Positions 1-13,190 of a DNA stretch of 64,000 nucleotides are shown one piece after another. The stretch is taken from the NCBI RefSeq assembly GCF_963921235.1, contig NC_086100.1, forward strand, positions 172,546,001 to 172,610,000. The letters run 5' to 3'. This DNA comes from Mobula hypostoma. Lineage: Eukaryota. The notes beneath the pieces were generated by a model that was not told where the DNA came from, did not search any database, and saw nothing but the letters and a program-made list of their open reading frames with translations. Both the position numbers and the translations under genes were made by a program. Position 1 is the first letter of the stretch, and each line of letters opens with the position of its first letter.

Positions 1-375
1 AATTTTCACTCATAGCCATTTCTGGCATCTCCACACCAGAATGCCTGAAACTGCAGTAACCAAAACCGTTCTGAGATGTCTTGCTGCTTATTTCTTGCCA
101 ACTATCAGTGACAAAAATCACTGCATTTGAACACAAACACATGCAACTGATACTATTTAAAAACTGCTCACTTCTAGCACTGTGTCTAACGGCCACACAA
201 GCGCATGCAACTGACTCCAAAAGCTTCAGCAGTAGTCTCCTGTCCAAATTAAGTGGCAGTGTTGCAAGTAAACCAGGGGAACCCCAGTTATTTTGTTGAC
301 TAACATTTGTTCTTTAAGAGTTGTCGCAAGTAAGTGGCTGCCCCAATTAACCGATAGGCTTAACTAGATTCCACT
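1..375 (-). mobile_element. Tigger/pogo-like DNA transposon fragment
   Basis: Reverse-complement similarity to 2280-2650; ends in the TIR-like ...aactagattccact. Confidence 0.6.
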
Positions 376-2929
376 AGTTTTGTGATCTGGCTGTAGAGAG
401 ATTAGAACAGGGCATGTTTTATGCATTAATCTAATAATACATTTTAAAAATTGGAAATACTTAAGACAGCAAAGTGGGGCCAAGGACTGATAAGGAAAGA
501 GGCTACAACAATTGGCAAGCTGGAAACAAGCTTCAAATATTCTATGTACAAAAGAAATATTGATGAATAAAGGAAATGGTAGAGCACCAAAATGAATATT
601 TTGGGCATCTGCATTGCTAGAAGATAACAAAACTCCTAGAAATATTACAGAACTGCAAGCTAAGAGTGAGAACCCAGTTCAAAGAAATTAGCAGTAGTTT
701 AAAAAATTGGGAGAATTTAATAGGGGCTAAAAAATAAATCTTCAAGAACTGCATACCAAGCTTGCAAATATCCCAATGGATATAGCAAACACTGTCACTG
801 TCCACAATGCCATATGTAGATATTGGAACAGACCAGAAGCTAGCATATGTAATCCTACCATTTAACCAAGTGGGCATAAACAGGCTATACTTCGGGGGCG
901 CTTGCAGCTAACAGGGCTCGAGAAGAATTTGGCTGTGGCCTTAACAGTCACATTTGTACAATACATTCTTGTACCTACACGGTTCATCATGAGAATAGAG
1001 ACTAAAATAGGCAAGGATAGAACAGCCTGTCCCGCTGTGGTCATGCTGTACTGTGCAGGCCATGATGCCAAATCAAACAGATCACATCTGTCTGCACATG
1101 ATTCACATTCCCCACTCTAAGTGCCTCAAATACCAATTTCATATCTGCTTCCACCATCCTCCTTGGCATTTTCCAGGTACCAAGCACTCTAAAACCTTGC
1201 CTTAGCACCTTTAAAACTTAGCACCCATCACCCTGGAAGACTGAAGTGGTGGCCCTTTCGAACACATACCCAAGACAGTACAAACACCTTGTTTGCATGG
1301 GGTATGCAATGCCACCTCTTGATTCTTTAAATTTGCCCATAAAAAGCACAGAATTATTAGCTTTACTGCCAAATGAAGCAGTGAATAATTTAATTTAAAT
1401 AAACCAAGAGCAGTGAGATGTTTTCACAGGAAATGTCTAGCACGGCTTCATTCCAGCTAGATGAGAAGACATACAGTAATATTGGATGATATATTTTGAT
1501 ATCCTCACAGATCTTGTGTACACAAGTTTTGAAGAGTAAATAGGTCAGTTAGCATTAGTTTTGCTCTGACTACATTCTCATGTTATTTGTGAATGAACAC
1601 GGAAGAGTCAGTGATAACAATGGCAACATTATGGATATTAATATTTTTGCAATAAACATTAGTAAACTATTTGCTTGTTACCAAGATATTTTTAAATTGT
1701 GTTTACCCTTGTTCAGAATGTCAGATACAATAGTAAAGAAATAAAACATTCAAATGATGGGAGAAGCAGAGATTTAAGAGTTAGACAATGAATACACACA
1801 AGCAAGCAACAGGACTCATCCTTTTCCTGAAGGACATAATTATTGATAGGACTTTATCAATGATAATCTGTTTTGAATTACCATGGCACACGAGAACTTT
1901 TTGTATTACCACCTATTCCCATTGAAGTGTAGTGTACAGTACAAAACTCACAGGACTTGACAGTAGATTAAAGCACCAGCATAAATATTTCATCCATTTG
2001 CAATGTTTAGAAATAAAATTCAATATCAAAATAGTCATGCAAAACCAAAATCGGAAGTCATGAATCAAGAGCAGCAAATCTTTGGAAGTCTGTATCAAGG
2101 ACATTTATGGATATTAAGAGAACTAAGTGCCAAGGGATTCATTAAATTCAGTGCAGTAACTGCCATGAAAGAACCGGCCCATTGTGGCTTCTATTGTGTA
2201 CATTGGTTATTGCTCCACTGATTTAAAAAGCTCAGTTAACCAAGGCCTCAGAATCAGGAACAATAAACAGTTTTATATAAGTGGATTCCAGTTAATTGGC
2301 CCATCAGTTAACTGGGGCAGCCATATATTTGGGACAGCTCTCAACAAATAAATTAATCAAGAAAATAACCAGGATCCCCCTTATTTGGGAAACTATGCTG
2401 CTTAACTGGGGCATGAAACTTGTCGAACAGTTTCTAACTAGCATCAGTCGCGTGCACTCGTGTAGCCATTATACACTACACTGTGCTTAGAACAAAGATT
2501 TTAAAACAGCATTATTCAAAAAGCAGTGATTTTTGTCACTGATAGTTGATGAGAAATAAGCAATAAGACAATGCAGAACTGATTTGCTCCCTGTGGTTTT
2601 AAGCACTCAGACTTGGAAATGCCAGTGACAGCTGGGAGTGAAAATGAAATGATTTTACTACTTCAGCAAATCAGGAATTATGAAGAGTTTGAAGGCATTG
2701 GCTATCATCCTGGATGTTATGAAATGAGGACTGAGGATGCAGTCACTGAAAGCATTGTATGAATTGCTGTCCATTATGTGCAATAGGTGTCTGCACTAAT
2801 TTTGTTTATTTACAGTCAAAAGAATACAATACAGACAATCCCTCTGTAGTTAAGTATTAGGAACTAATACAGTTTTAAATTCAGTAGTATTGGTAGTGTT
2901 CCAATTTGTTCTACATTTCTATATTCAAT

Positions 2930-3890
2930 GTCAGTAAGACCATGGAGCTGATTATTGACTTCAGAAGGAAACCAGAGATCCATCCATGAGCCAGTCCTCA
3001 GAGGATCAGAGATAGAGAGGGTCAGCAACTTTAAATTTTTCACTGTTATTACTTTGGAGGACCTGTCCTGGGACCAGCACACAGGTGCAATTACAAGTTT
3101 TGCAAAGATTCTGCATGACATCTAAAACTTTGACAAACTTCTGTAGATGTGTAGTGGAGAGTATATTGAGTGGTTGCATCACAGCCTGGTATGGAAAACG
3201 AAGGGTATGTATCTGACGAAGGGTTCCAGCCCGAAACGTCGATCGATCTTTTCCACTGATGCTGCCCGACCTGCTGAGTTCCTCCAGCGTGTTGTGAGTG
3301 TTGCTTTGACCCCAGCATCTGCAGATGATTTGTGTTTATGGAAAACCCAATGCCCTTGAATGGAAAATCCTACAAAATGTAGTGGATATGGCCCAGTCCA
3401 TCACAGATAAAGCTCTCTACACTGATCACACACATCTACACTGGGCACTGTCGCAGGAAAGCAGCATCCATCAGGGACCTCACCACCCAGGCCATGCTCT
3501 CTTCTCGCTGCTGCCATCAGGAAGGTGGTACAGGAGCCTCAGGACACTCCACCAGGCTGAGGAACAGTTATTACCCCTCAGCCAACAGTCTCTTGAACCA
3601 GAGGGAATTCAACTTCACTTACCCAGTAACTGAAATGTCCCTACAACCAATGCACTTAGTTTCAAGGACTCAACTCATGTGTGATGTTTATTGCTTATTT
3701 ATTATTTCTTCATTTTTGTATTTGTGGTTTGTCATCTTTTGCACACTGGTTGAACGCTCAAGCTGGCACATTTTTTTCATTGATTCTGTTATGGTAATTA
3801 TTCTATTATGAACTTATTGAGTATGCCACAAGAAAATGAATCTCTGGGCTGTATACGGTGGCATGTGTATATTAACAAACATACTTTGAA
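2930..3890 (+). mobile_element. Rex1/Babar-type LINE 3' fragment
   Basis: Decayed ORF2 end (HPGHALFSLLPSGR motif) plus 3' UTR; the same motif recurs at 20040 and in the 30330-31175 copy. Confidence 0.75.
3200..3336 (+). mobile_element. Penelope pLTR fragment with hammerhead core
   Basis: TSD tatggaaaac at 3190-3199 and 3337-3346; CTGACGA...GAAACGTC at 3213-3240, followed by the shared gatgctgcc...ctgctgagttcctccagc tail. Confidence 0.8.
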
Positions 3891-4002
3891 TTTAAGATAT
3901 ATAATTTGTGTTTGGTTCGTCTTTTTTATTGCACCTTTTAAACTATTTCCATGAAACAGGCTAATTGGGCCAAAATACACTGGTGCCGACGCATCCCAAT
4001 TA

Positions 4003-5167
4003 TAGAAACATAGAAAATAGGTGCAGGAGTAGGCTATTCGGCCCTTCGAGCCTGCACCGCCATTTATTATGATCATGGCTGATCATCCAATTCAGAACCC
4101 AGCCTTCCCTCCATACCCCCTGACCCCTGTAGCCACAAGGGCCATATCTAACTTCCTTTTAAACATAGCTAATGAACTGGCCTCAACAGTTTGCTGTGGC
4201 AGAGAATTCCACAGATTCACCACTCTCTGTGTGAAGAAGTTTTTCCTAACCTCGGTCCTAAAAGGCTTCCCCTCTATCCTCAAACTGTGACCCCTCGTTC
4301 TGGACCTCCCCAACATCGGGAACAATCTTCCCGCATCTAGCCTGTCCAATCCTTTTAGGATCTTATACGTTTCAATCAGATCCCCCCTCAATCTTCTAAA
4401 TTCCAACGAGTACAAGCCCAGTTCATCCAGTCTTTCTTCATATGAAAGACCTGCCATCCCAGGAATCAATCTGGTGAACCTTCTTTGTACTCCCTCTATG
4501 GCAAAGATGTCTTTCCTCAGATTAGGGGACCAAAACTGCACACAATACTCCAGGTGTGGTCTCACCAAGGCCTTGTACAACTGCAGTAGTACCTCCCTGC
4601 TCCTGTACTCGAATCCTCTCGCTATAAATGCCAGCATACCGTTCGCCTTTTTCACCGCCTGCTGTACCTGCATGCCCACTTTCAATGACTGGTGTATAAT
4701 GACACCCAGGTCTCGTTGCACCTCCCCTTTTCCTAATCGGCCACCATTCAGATAATAATCTGTTTTCCTATTTTTGCCACCAAAGTGGATAACTTCACAT
4801 TTATCCACATTAAATTGCATCTGCCATGAGTTTGCCCACTCACCCAACCTATCCAAGTCACCCTGCATCCTCTTAGCATCCTCCTCACTGCTAACACTGC
4901 CACCCAGCTTCGTGTCATCCGCAAACTTGGAGATGCTGCATTTAATTCCCTCATCCAAGTCATTAATATATATTGTAAACAACTGGGGTCCCAGCACTGA
5001 GCCTTGCAGTACCCCACTAGTCACCGCCTGCCATTCTGAAAAGGTCCCGTTTATTCCCACTCTTTGCTTCCTGTCTGCTAACCAATTCTCCACCCACACC
5101 AATACCTTACCCCCAATACCGTGTGCTTTAAGTTTGCACACTAATCTCCTGTGTGGGACCTTGTCTG
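4003..5167 (-). mobile_element. Young 5'-truncated CR1 LINE
   Basis: 349-aa open RT C-terminus (QGSVLGP, KFADDTK, LVRPHLEYCVQFWSP); (tttctatg)n tail; TSD caatta at 3997-4002 and 5168-5173. Confidence 0.93.
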
Positions 5168-5915
5168 CAATTAAGCAGAATGCACTGTATTATTGTGCAC
5201 TAAAAGCACGCTGGCTGGTCCTCCCCTCAAAGATGGGCAGGAGACCTCAATTCAGCACTGTCGACCGAGATGTATAGGTGTACCATAGAAACTTGTCTGA
5301 ATTTCCCTACAATGCTCAGAAAGGAAAGCACTTGGAATGAAACCTGCATCTCTGACGAACAAAAATTGTTTGGGTTGGGAGGAGTGAACTGCAGTTACGT
5401 AACTGCATTTGCAGGCAATAATAATAGTTTGACCAGATATGCTCAACACCAGCTAAAAAATTTCCAAAAGTACAATGACTGAAATATAACACCTTTCTAA
5501 AAAGAAATTTCCACTTGCAGGCAATAGATGGGTGACATGGACAGAGGAAGAAAGAGCAACACCCTGCAAACATTTGCCCAGCATTCAATCACTGACAGAA
5601 GGAAGATTACCAGGTAGATCAGATTATAACATTCAAGTTAAAGCAAGACCAATTAATTTTATCAAGTATTTTGAAATTTATGTTAAACAATAATTTGATC
5701 ACCTTCAGGTGTTTGAATTAACACTTTGTATGCTTAATAGATACTGATTTGAAAATATCAGAATTCATGATTTGCTCTCTACCAGTGACACTAAAGCTAA
5801 AAGTACATAGATGGATTAGTTTCAAGACAATTATCTTGAAATCAGATGAGATCACAGGCAAATGTTACTGACAATAAAAACAGCTTAACAAGACAGACCA
5901 GAAAACCAGTCTTAC

Positions 5916-6123
5916 TTTGGTCAGCTGGTCTGAATTCTTCAGCTTCGCCTTCAATGATGCCATCGAGAAATTCAGAGCTTCCTGCCATGGTGAACTCAAG
6001 ATTTTTCGTGTCCTGTGTCACTTCTTCACACCTCGATGGTTGTACTCTGTCTGAAATCCTCCTTTCAGGATTAGATACTGGCATGGACTCAATAATATCT
6101 CCAATAGCAAAAACTTGAGGCTC
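5916..6123 (-). CDS. TACC3: TACC3 coding exon ending EAEEFRPADQ
   Basis: Acceptor cttttttcatttttag; EPQVFAIGDIIESMPVSNPE...IIEGEAEEFRPADQ (compare human KEESFRDPAE); donor A|GTAAGA, phase 1. Confidence 0.85.
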
Positions 6124-6639
6124 CTAAAAATGAAAAAAAGTTTTTGCATGGTTCATTGTCTTACTTAAATTGCACATTTACACCATGACTGAAAATTTGT
6201 TTTCAGTGGTTTGTAAATCCAGACTGCCCCTTCTGATTGGTGAAACTTTATTTCTGAAACTGTTCCATTTCAAGTTTGTGTTATGTAGTAAGTGTTTCTA
6301 ACTGGGATACAGAAGTAAATTTTGCACTTTCCCTTCCGTCCCATATTTACCGCTCAGGAATTAAAATGCAGCAACATCAAAAAGTGGGATGACTGACCCA
6401 GCAATTGGTCTTTTTGTAAATCTTTCAAATGAAGTGCATCTTATGTGTTAGCATTATCTTGCCAAAATTGAGGAAGAAGAGATACCAGGCTCTGAAAGTA
6501 CATGATGAAGAAAAATTGAAACAATGAGAAACTTTAAATTTAGCATTAGTTTCACTATTCAGATTTGCTTGTTAGTAGCAATGTACTGGGGGATGGTGGC
6601 ACAAAAAGAAGGGAGATGCAAATAATAACTATAGTTCTC

Positions 6640-7270
6640 CATGGACAGTTAGGAGCAGCAAGTACCTGGGAGTGCACAAAACAGACCTGGTCCCTCAACA
6701 CCAGCCCTTTGGTCAAGAAAGTACAACAGTTCCCACTTCCTGAGGTAATCCCTCCCAATCTAACTTTTTAAAAAAATATATAAACAGGAGCACGATTGAG
6801 AGTGTCCTGACAAGCTACAAGACCCTGCAAAGGATTCAGAGGACCGCTGAGAAGATCATCAGTCTCCCTTCTACCTATCCAAGACATTTATCAGGAGCAC
6901 AGTGTATGTGGGGCCCTTAGCATTGTCAATAATCCCTCCCTTCATCCAATCTCTTTGACCCTCTACCATCAGGAAGAATTTACCACAGCATGAGGACAAG
7001 GACTGTTAGGATGGGAAACAGCTTCCGTCCCAGGCTGAGTGACTACTCAACTCCCTGCAATCTTCAAGGTCTCACTACGTATGAAGCACCAGTAGCGTTA
7101 CACCATTTACTTTTTAAAATTGTATTTTTTAAATAAACTTATTTTACTAATTTATTTGTAGTGATATTACTCTGTTGAGAGAGCTATATGTACTGTGCAC
7201 TTTAGTCTGCAAGAAATTGTTTCATTTGGCGGTACATATATAAATGGTTGAATGACAGTAAACTTGAATT
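6640..7270 (+). mobile_element. Decayed Rex/Babar LINE fragment
   Basis: Similar to other Rex/Babar 3' ends (ctgggagtgcac...acctggtccctcaacacc; ctaccatcaggaag). Confidence 0.6.
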
Positions 7271-7938
7271 TAATAAAATACTTAAGTTAACTGGTACTAG
7301 TTCCTTGGCTAGAACATGGAGAAACGATGAAAAAAAATCTAAAAATCATTGCATTAACCTGAAATCCTAGGGAAGATAAAGAGGCAAGTCATTCAGGAGA
7401 GAAATTGTTGGCACCTTGGTAACCTAGAACAATATATTGAAAACACTGGGTTGAGCAGAATCTGTGGGAAGCAACAAATTAATGTTTTGGGTTGAAATGC
7501 TGCTATGTTTGCAATGTAGTTTAATCAACTGAAATCTGAGAGCAATTGACCTCAGTCCTGAATCATATAAACCAGTCATGATCTAAGGGATTGCTGTTTT
7601 AGTAAACAGTTTTGATATTGTGTACCTGAATTATTGTCCTTTTAGATTTCAAGATTTCACCCACCTGAAATAAAGGAATTGCTGAGACCTCCCTCATCGG
7701 CTTAACCTTACAAGTGTTCCTAAGAATAATAAATTCAAATTATTAATGCAAGTTGGGCAGACAAATCCAATTTAAAAGAAAAAAATACACACATTTGAGA
7801 GACAAAGGATAAAAACGAAGTAGGACAGAAGAGCTGTAGTCAAAACAAGGGACGTCTTGTGATGAGCTCTGTTAAAGGTGATGCTTCCACATTATAATGA
7901 ATACAGTTTAAACCTCCTAAGCCTTAGTCTCCAGTATA

Positions 7939-8436
7939 CACTCAGTGGCCACTTTATTAGGTACACTGCTCATTAATGCAAATATCTAATCAGCCAATCA
8001 TGTTGCAGCAACTCAATGCACAAAATCATGCCGACGTGGTCAAGAGGTTCAGTTGTTCAGACCAAACATCAGAATGGGGGAGAAATGTAATCAGTGACTG
8101 ATTGCAATGATTGTTGGTATCTCAGAAACTGATCTCCTGGGATTTTTATGCACAAACCTCTGGAGTTTAGAGAATGGTGCAAAAAACAAAATGACATCCA
8201 CTGATCACCAGTTCCGTGGGTAAAAATGCTTTGTTAATGAGAGGGATCAAAGGAGAATGGCCAGACTTGTTCAAGCTGACAGGAAAGTGACAGCAACTCA
8301 AGTCTTGTATTACAACTGTGATGTGCAAAAGAGTATCTCTGAATGCACAACACGTTAAACCTTGAAGTGTATGGGCTACAGCAGCAGAAGAGCACACCTG
8401 GGTCTACTCCTCTACCTAATAAAATGCTGTTGAGTG
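7939..8436 (+). mobile_element. Tc1-like non-autonomous element
   Basis: TA|cactcagtggccactttattagg ... cctaataaaatgctgttgagtg|TA; related copies at 46085-46692 and 54497-55050. Confidence 0.8.
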
Positions 8437-10267
8437 TACAAGGTCATAACTACAAGCCAAAATATCTACCCACATTTCTTGGGGTTTCATATAACATCAG
8501 GCATAGCAGTGGCTCAATTCTGCGATAAGTAGAGGTTCTCTAAAGCAGGATATAATATTCTTACTGTCAATGTCAATTATTTCCAATCATGTGTCATAAA
8601 GAATTATGGAATAGTTGGAGGACAAAGAATGAAATTGTGGTCAGCAGTCATCTCAATGAGGCACAAATCAGGTTCAAAGGAAAAAACAGCGAGTGATTAA
8701 AAATATTTGTATGATCGTTGAACGTTACGTTTCAGCAGGGTGTTCATCTAATATCCACAGAATTAACAAGATTTTTTAAATTTCTTATTTCTTCAGGGGA
8801 ATGCAAGCATAGCTAAAAATTCTATCTCCAACTGCCTAGAATATGTGGGGCAATCCTTCACTTCGAGCCACCCCAAAGCTTTGTTATCTAGGAATTTGAT
8901 TCAGTGGCTATAAACGACATTAATAAGCCTGCTGAGATGGTATTCTCATGCATCTCCTGCTCAGAGAGCTCTTTTAGCACAATTCCTAATAAGCAAAATT
9001 CAAGATTAATGTCTCTAGTTGCTTATTACCACCAGCATACACTCTAAAGGTATGAAAAGTGTCATTGTTCTACTAAGATGCAAATTTTCCTCAATTTACT
9101 CAGTTTTGCCTCACCAGGACAATTCAGTTACAGACCTCTCTATCCACTCAAGTCAAACATTGACCAAAGAGCAAAATTAAAGGAGAGGCATTGATTGCCC
9201 TTGAGACCAGAGCAACATTTGGAGTGACATCAAGATGCCCTGGTAGAAGTGGACATCAAGGGAAAAAGAAAACCTTTAAAGAGCATAGCTGTACTTCACA
9301 CAGGTCTGTCTTCCCATTTCTTCAGGTAAATGTCCTTCTCCCAATCATTTTTAGCTGCTTTATAAAAGATCTTTCTTGACAACATCATAATATTCAATTC
9401 CATCTGCAATGCAAAGGATCAATGCCTGCTTGCATTAAGACTGAAAGATCTTATTGGTATGGGCTCATGAGTGCAAAGTAATATTTGTCTAATGAACTAC
9501 CCAGTCATTGAATGCAGTCCTGCATAATTACTTCAGATTTGTCATGACCAGAAGCTCAGCTGAACCAGCAGGAAATACCGTGGCTACAAGAGCAGGTCAG
9601 ATGGCAGTACATGTCAGTGACTCTTCTCTTCTACCAGGCTCTTTAGACAAGTGTGATGAAATACTCTCCACCTCCATTTAACACTCAAGTGCAATACCAC
9701 CACAAAGAAAGTGGCCCCCTTTGTTGACACTATTAGTATGTACCATCCACAACCTTTATGGCTAAGAATAATAAGAACAAGGATACAGGAATACCAAGTA
9801 TAATATTAACGTTTCTTAATTTCCACTGCATCTAAAAACTTTAAACCTCCACCAGCATTGTGAGGATGATCTTCAGATAAACTGCAGCGGGTCAAAATGG
9901 CTCATCTCTACCTTAACAGCAATTAGGAATGTACCCTGACCCTACCAGCAATACCTGTGCCCTAAATTTTAACATGGGAAATGCCGGGTTGCAATTTAGA
10001 ACTCACAAAAACAAAATTTTAAAGGAAGTTTTTGTAAAAGGCTGAAGAGTGGGTTAACAGATTAGAGTAATTTGGTCAACTAGCTAAGATAGTGTTTCAA
10101 CCCATTTAGTAAGCATATTATCATGACTAGCCCATGCCAGAGTACTGTAGGATGTTTCTTGTTTTTTTTTTAAAAATCCTTCAATGCTTCAAAAAGCTAC
10201 AAAAGACAGGCATTCAAGTGCTTTACTATATTTAAATAAAAGAACCATTGAAATTTGATCCACTTAC

Positions 10268-11344
10268 TTCTTTACAGGTTGCTTCTGAACCTCTTTAATT
10301 CCTTTAGTAGATCCATTTGCCCCTGGAGTGCTTTCTGGCTTCTGCAATATATCCACTTTGTCCGCAGATGGCTCAACATTCTCTTCTTTATCTTGCAATA
10401 ATTGCTTTGCAGCGTTGGCTTTTGGCAACTTAGAGCTGGGAGAATTACTAACTTTTGAAATTCCACCAAAAGGATTGAAATTTGGGTCATCTAGTTTGTC
10501 CCAGTCAACACTGTAGTTAAATTTTGGGACTACAGGATCAGTTTCACTCAATTTTACAGCCTCCTTACTCTGTTCTTCCAATTTGCAGTGTTCATCAGGG
10601 TGAATTTCATTCTGTTTTATAACTTCCTTAATCTGCTCTTCAGATTTGTTATGCGCTGATTTCTCTGTAGTTTCTTTGGACCTCTTAGGGCATAACTGCC
10701 CTCCAGGTCTTTTCCCCAACTTCTTTGGTGGTGGTTTCTTCTTCACTTCATCATCAAATGCAAACTCCAACTTTACTGGTTGCAAAGAATCAGCATCAGC
10801 TTTCTGGGCATTTTCAGATGCAAGATCTAGAATAAGTACTGGGGAAGTCTCTGGTTTTTGCACTCCCGTCAGAAGGGAGTCAGAGCTTGTGCTGTCACAG
10901 TTGAGATTCAATGAATTTTCTACAGGAAGTTCTAAACTTTCCACTGCTGCCTCACTTTTGCAAAGATCAATCTTCTCAAGACAATCTCCCTCAAAGCTGT
11001 TCAACTTCTGAGATACAATTACCTCAGAATCCTCCTCTATGTAGTTGCTTTGACACTCCATTTGTAAAGGCATGTCTGCTGATGTGTTCATTCGCTGATC
11101 TGCATTAATGTTATAGGGAGGGGTTAAAGACATTTTTGCAGTCTCCTCAAGAAGCATTTGACTATTCACTGGAGTAATTTTGAGACTTTGCTCACGAGAG
11201 TCAAGCTCGTTGTCACTCGGTTTCTGAGCTGGCGAATTCATAACTTTTGAATTACTTTGAAATGGATTTATTGCATCAAGCATGTCAAGATCAAGTGTAT
11301 ATGCTCCATGAGATGGAACTTGTTCCTCGTTGGCAAAAGATTGG
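10268..11344 (-). CDS. TACC3: TACC3 large central exon
   Basis: Lies within the 370-aa ORF; TACC-family motifs PVKLEF...KKKPPPKKLGKRPG and NYSVDWDKLDDPNFNPFGG; donor AA|GTAAGT. The 5' boundary was chosen at the only phase-2-compatible AG (alternatives at 11349 and 11351). Confidence 0.9.
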
Positions 11345-11731
11345 CTAGTCTCTGTCAGAGATAAAAAGCATCTCAAATTTAATGAACAACAACCAGAGGC
11401 ATATTTGAAAAGTACCCCGCTAAATGAAATCAGCCAAAGATTTTATTTTTGTTTCAAAAGCTAATTTAAGTTCAGAAACCTTATGTCACTTTGCAAACTA
11501 GTTTCAATTCAGAGTAAATGCTAACAATATCTTGACTTTTAACTCAAAAGTGAACTGGCAGTAATTGTGGTCAAAATTATGAAAGCTCAATTTTACATTG
11601 CCTTTTTTCCAATAAACAGGATTTTAGAAAATATGATAAAGTTTAACTTACTTTACAAACTAACTTTGCATACAATAACACAAGATCAAGAGTCACAATT
11701 CAAATATACCAAATAAAATAACCAAATATAC

Positions 11732-11800
11732 TTGCTTTGTTTCAATTGCTCTTCTGATTGCAGATTAAATACTTCAGAACTTCCACCAGAATCTTTGTGC
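11732..11800 (-). CDS. TACC3: Probable small TACC3 exon (69 nt, frame-preserving)
   Basis: Acceptor cttttacaattacag; open frame (W)HKDSGGSSEVFNLQSEEQLKQS; donor AA|GTATAT; phase 2 in and phase 2 out. Confidence 0.55.
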
Positions 11801-11829
11801 CTGTAATTGTAAAAGATATTTAAGCGATC

Positions 11830-13190
11830 TCTCACCATTAAGGTGGACAAGTCCCCAGGGTCTTACACAATATACTCCGTGATATTGAGGGGTGCCATGA
11901 CCAAGATAGTCTTTTCCCAGCTACAGGAGAGGTTCTTGTGGACTGGTGAGTAGTTTATGTTTCTTTTTTCAAGGGGGAAGGGGAGGGCTAAAGCACTGGT
12001 ATAACCCTCAAAATTATAAACTGCCTAGTCTCACTTTAGTGGTAGAGAAGCTATTTTTGGGGACTCTTAGGAACAGGACTGATGAGCATTTGGAAAATGA
12101 TGGCCTAATTTGGGATAGTCTTTAAGGGGCTGGATAAGTCATATAAACGATTGAGTTTTGAAGTAATGACCCAAGATGCTCAAAGGGTAGAGCAGTGCAA
12201 GGAATTTTGACAAGATGCCTCATGAACTCATTCAGAAAATTAAGATGCACAAGATCCACAATCACTTGGCTTCAGAATTGCATGGCGCATAGGAATCAGT
12301 GCAGTGGTTGATAGGTCTTATCCTGGCAAAAAGCCACAGACTTAGTGGTGTTCCATAGGATAAAAAAAAAAAATCAGTTACAGATATGGTTAGAGAACTG
12401 ATAAATGGTAAATGAAAAGGAAAGGAACAGTTAATGACAGAACCTTTAACATGGTCCAAGTCCACAGCTCCCTGAAAGTAGCCACATAATTCATTAGGGT
12501 TTTCCAACGTGTACTGCTTTATTTGTTGAGGCACTGAGTTCAAACTTAGAAAGCTATGTTGCAGCATTATAAAGCTCATCAGGCTGCATCAATTCTGATT
12601 GCCCCATTTTAGGAAGGATGTGGAGGCCCAGAGAGAGCTCAGAAGTGTCCCGGCATGCTGCGTAGACTGGAGGATTGCTATAGAGGCAAATTATAAAATT
12701 GTGTGAGGCATTGAGTAGACATCTGACATCTTTCTTCTCCAATAAAGTATCTAATAGAGGGGCACAGTTTAAAAATGCGCAGGGGAAGTTTTTTTTTAAA
12801 TATAAATAGTGAAGAGCACTTGAAAAATACAGGATGGTGCAGGCAGACATGATAAACACGTTTAAGACACTTATAGATAGGCACATGTAGAGAATGGAGT
12901 GATATGGGCCATCTGCTTGCTGGGATTAGGTGCCACTAGCTTAGTTTGGCACGTCATGGGCAGCAGGGTCTATTCCTGTGCAATTATGTTCCATAAAGCC
13001 ATACGACATAGGAGGAGAACCGGACCATTTGGCCCATCGAGTCTGCTCCACCATTCCATCATGATGGATTTATTATCCGTCTCAACCCCATTCTCCTGCC
13101 TTCTCATCACAATCCAAGAACCTATCAACCTCTACTTTAAATATATTCAACAATTTGGTCTCCAGAGCCATATGTGGCAATGAATTACAG
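11830..13190. mobile_element. Decayed CR1 fragments (plus-strand body and a minus-strand 3' end at about 12990-13190)
   Basis: Remnants of KSPGP, YRPVSLT and RFTRMLPGL motifs; 3' end similar to 4003-4220. Confidence 0.65.

Larger units (their letters stand above)
2279..5187 (+). mobile_element. Non-autonomous Tigger/pogo-like element hosting nested insertions
   Basis: Left TIR (c)agtggattccagttaattgg; right TIR caattaagcagaatgcactg followed by TA; interrupted by Rex/Babar, Penelope-tail and CR1 insertions. Confidence 0.65.

Noticed and set aside
840-992. Possible intronic C/D snoRNA (ATGATGA on the minus strand near 984-990)
   Set aside because: No D box (CTGA) or terminal stem at a suitable distance.
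2864-3121. ORF containing DIEYRNVEQIGT, superficially like TACC3 VDYLEQFGT
   Set aside because: Spans a Tigger/Rex junction and has no matching splice sites.
4474-5277. Plus-strand ORFs overlapping the young CR1
   Set aside because: Antisense shadows of the CR1 ORF2; the same applies to most short ORFs in the track.
6184-6253. Open frame NKVSPIRRGSLDLQTTENKFSVM as the missing TACC3 exon
   Set aside because: Weak donor (GTGTAA) and only a 60-nt intron to the next exon; not excluded but unsupported.
6687-6759. 73-nt minus-strand segment with the right phases to be the missing TACC3 exon
   Set aside because: It is the antisense of a Rex/Babar fragment and has weak splice sites.
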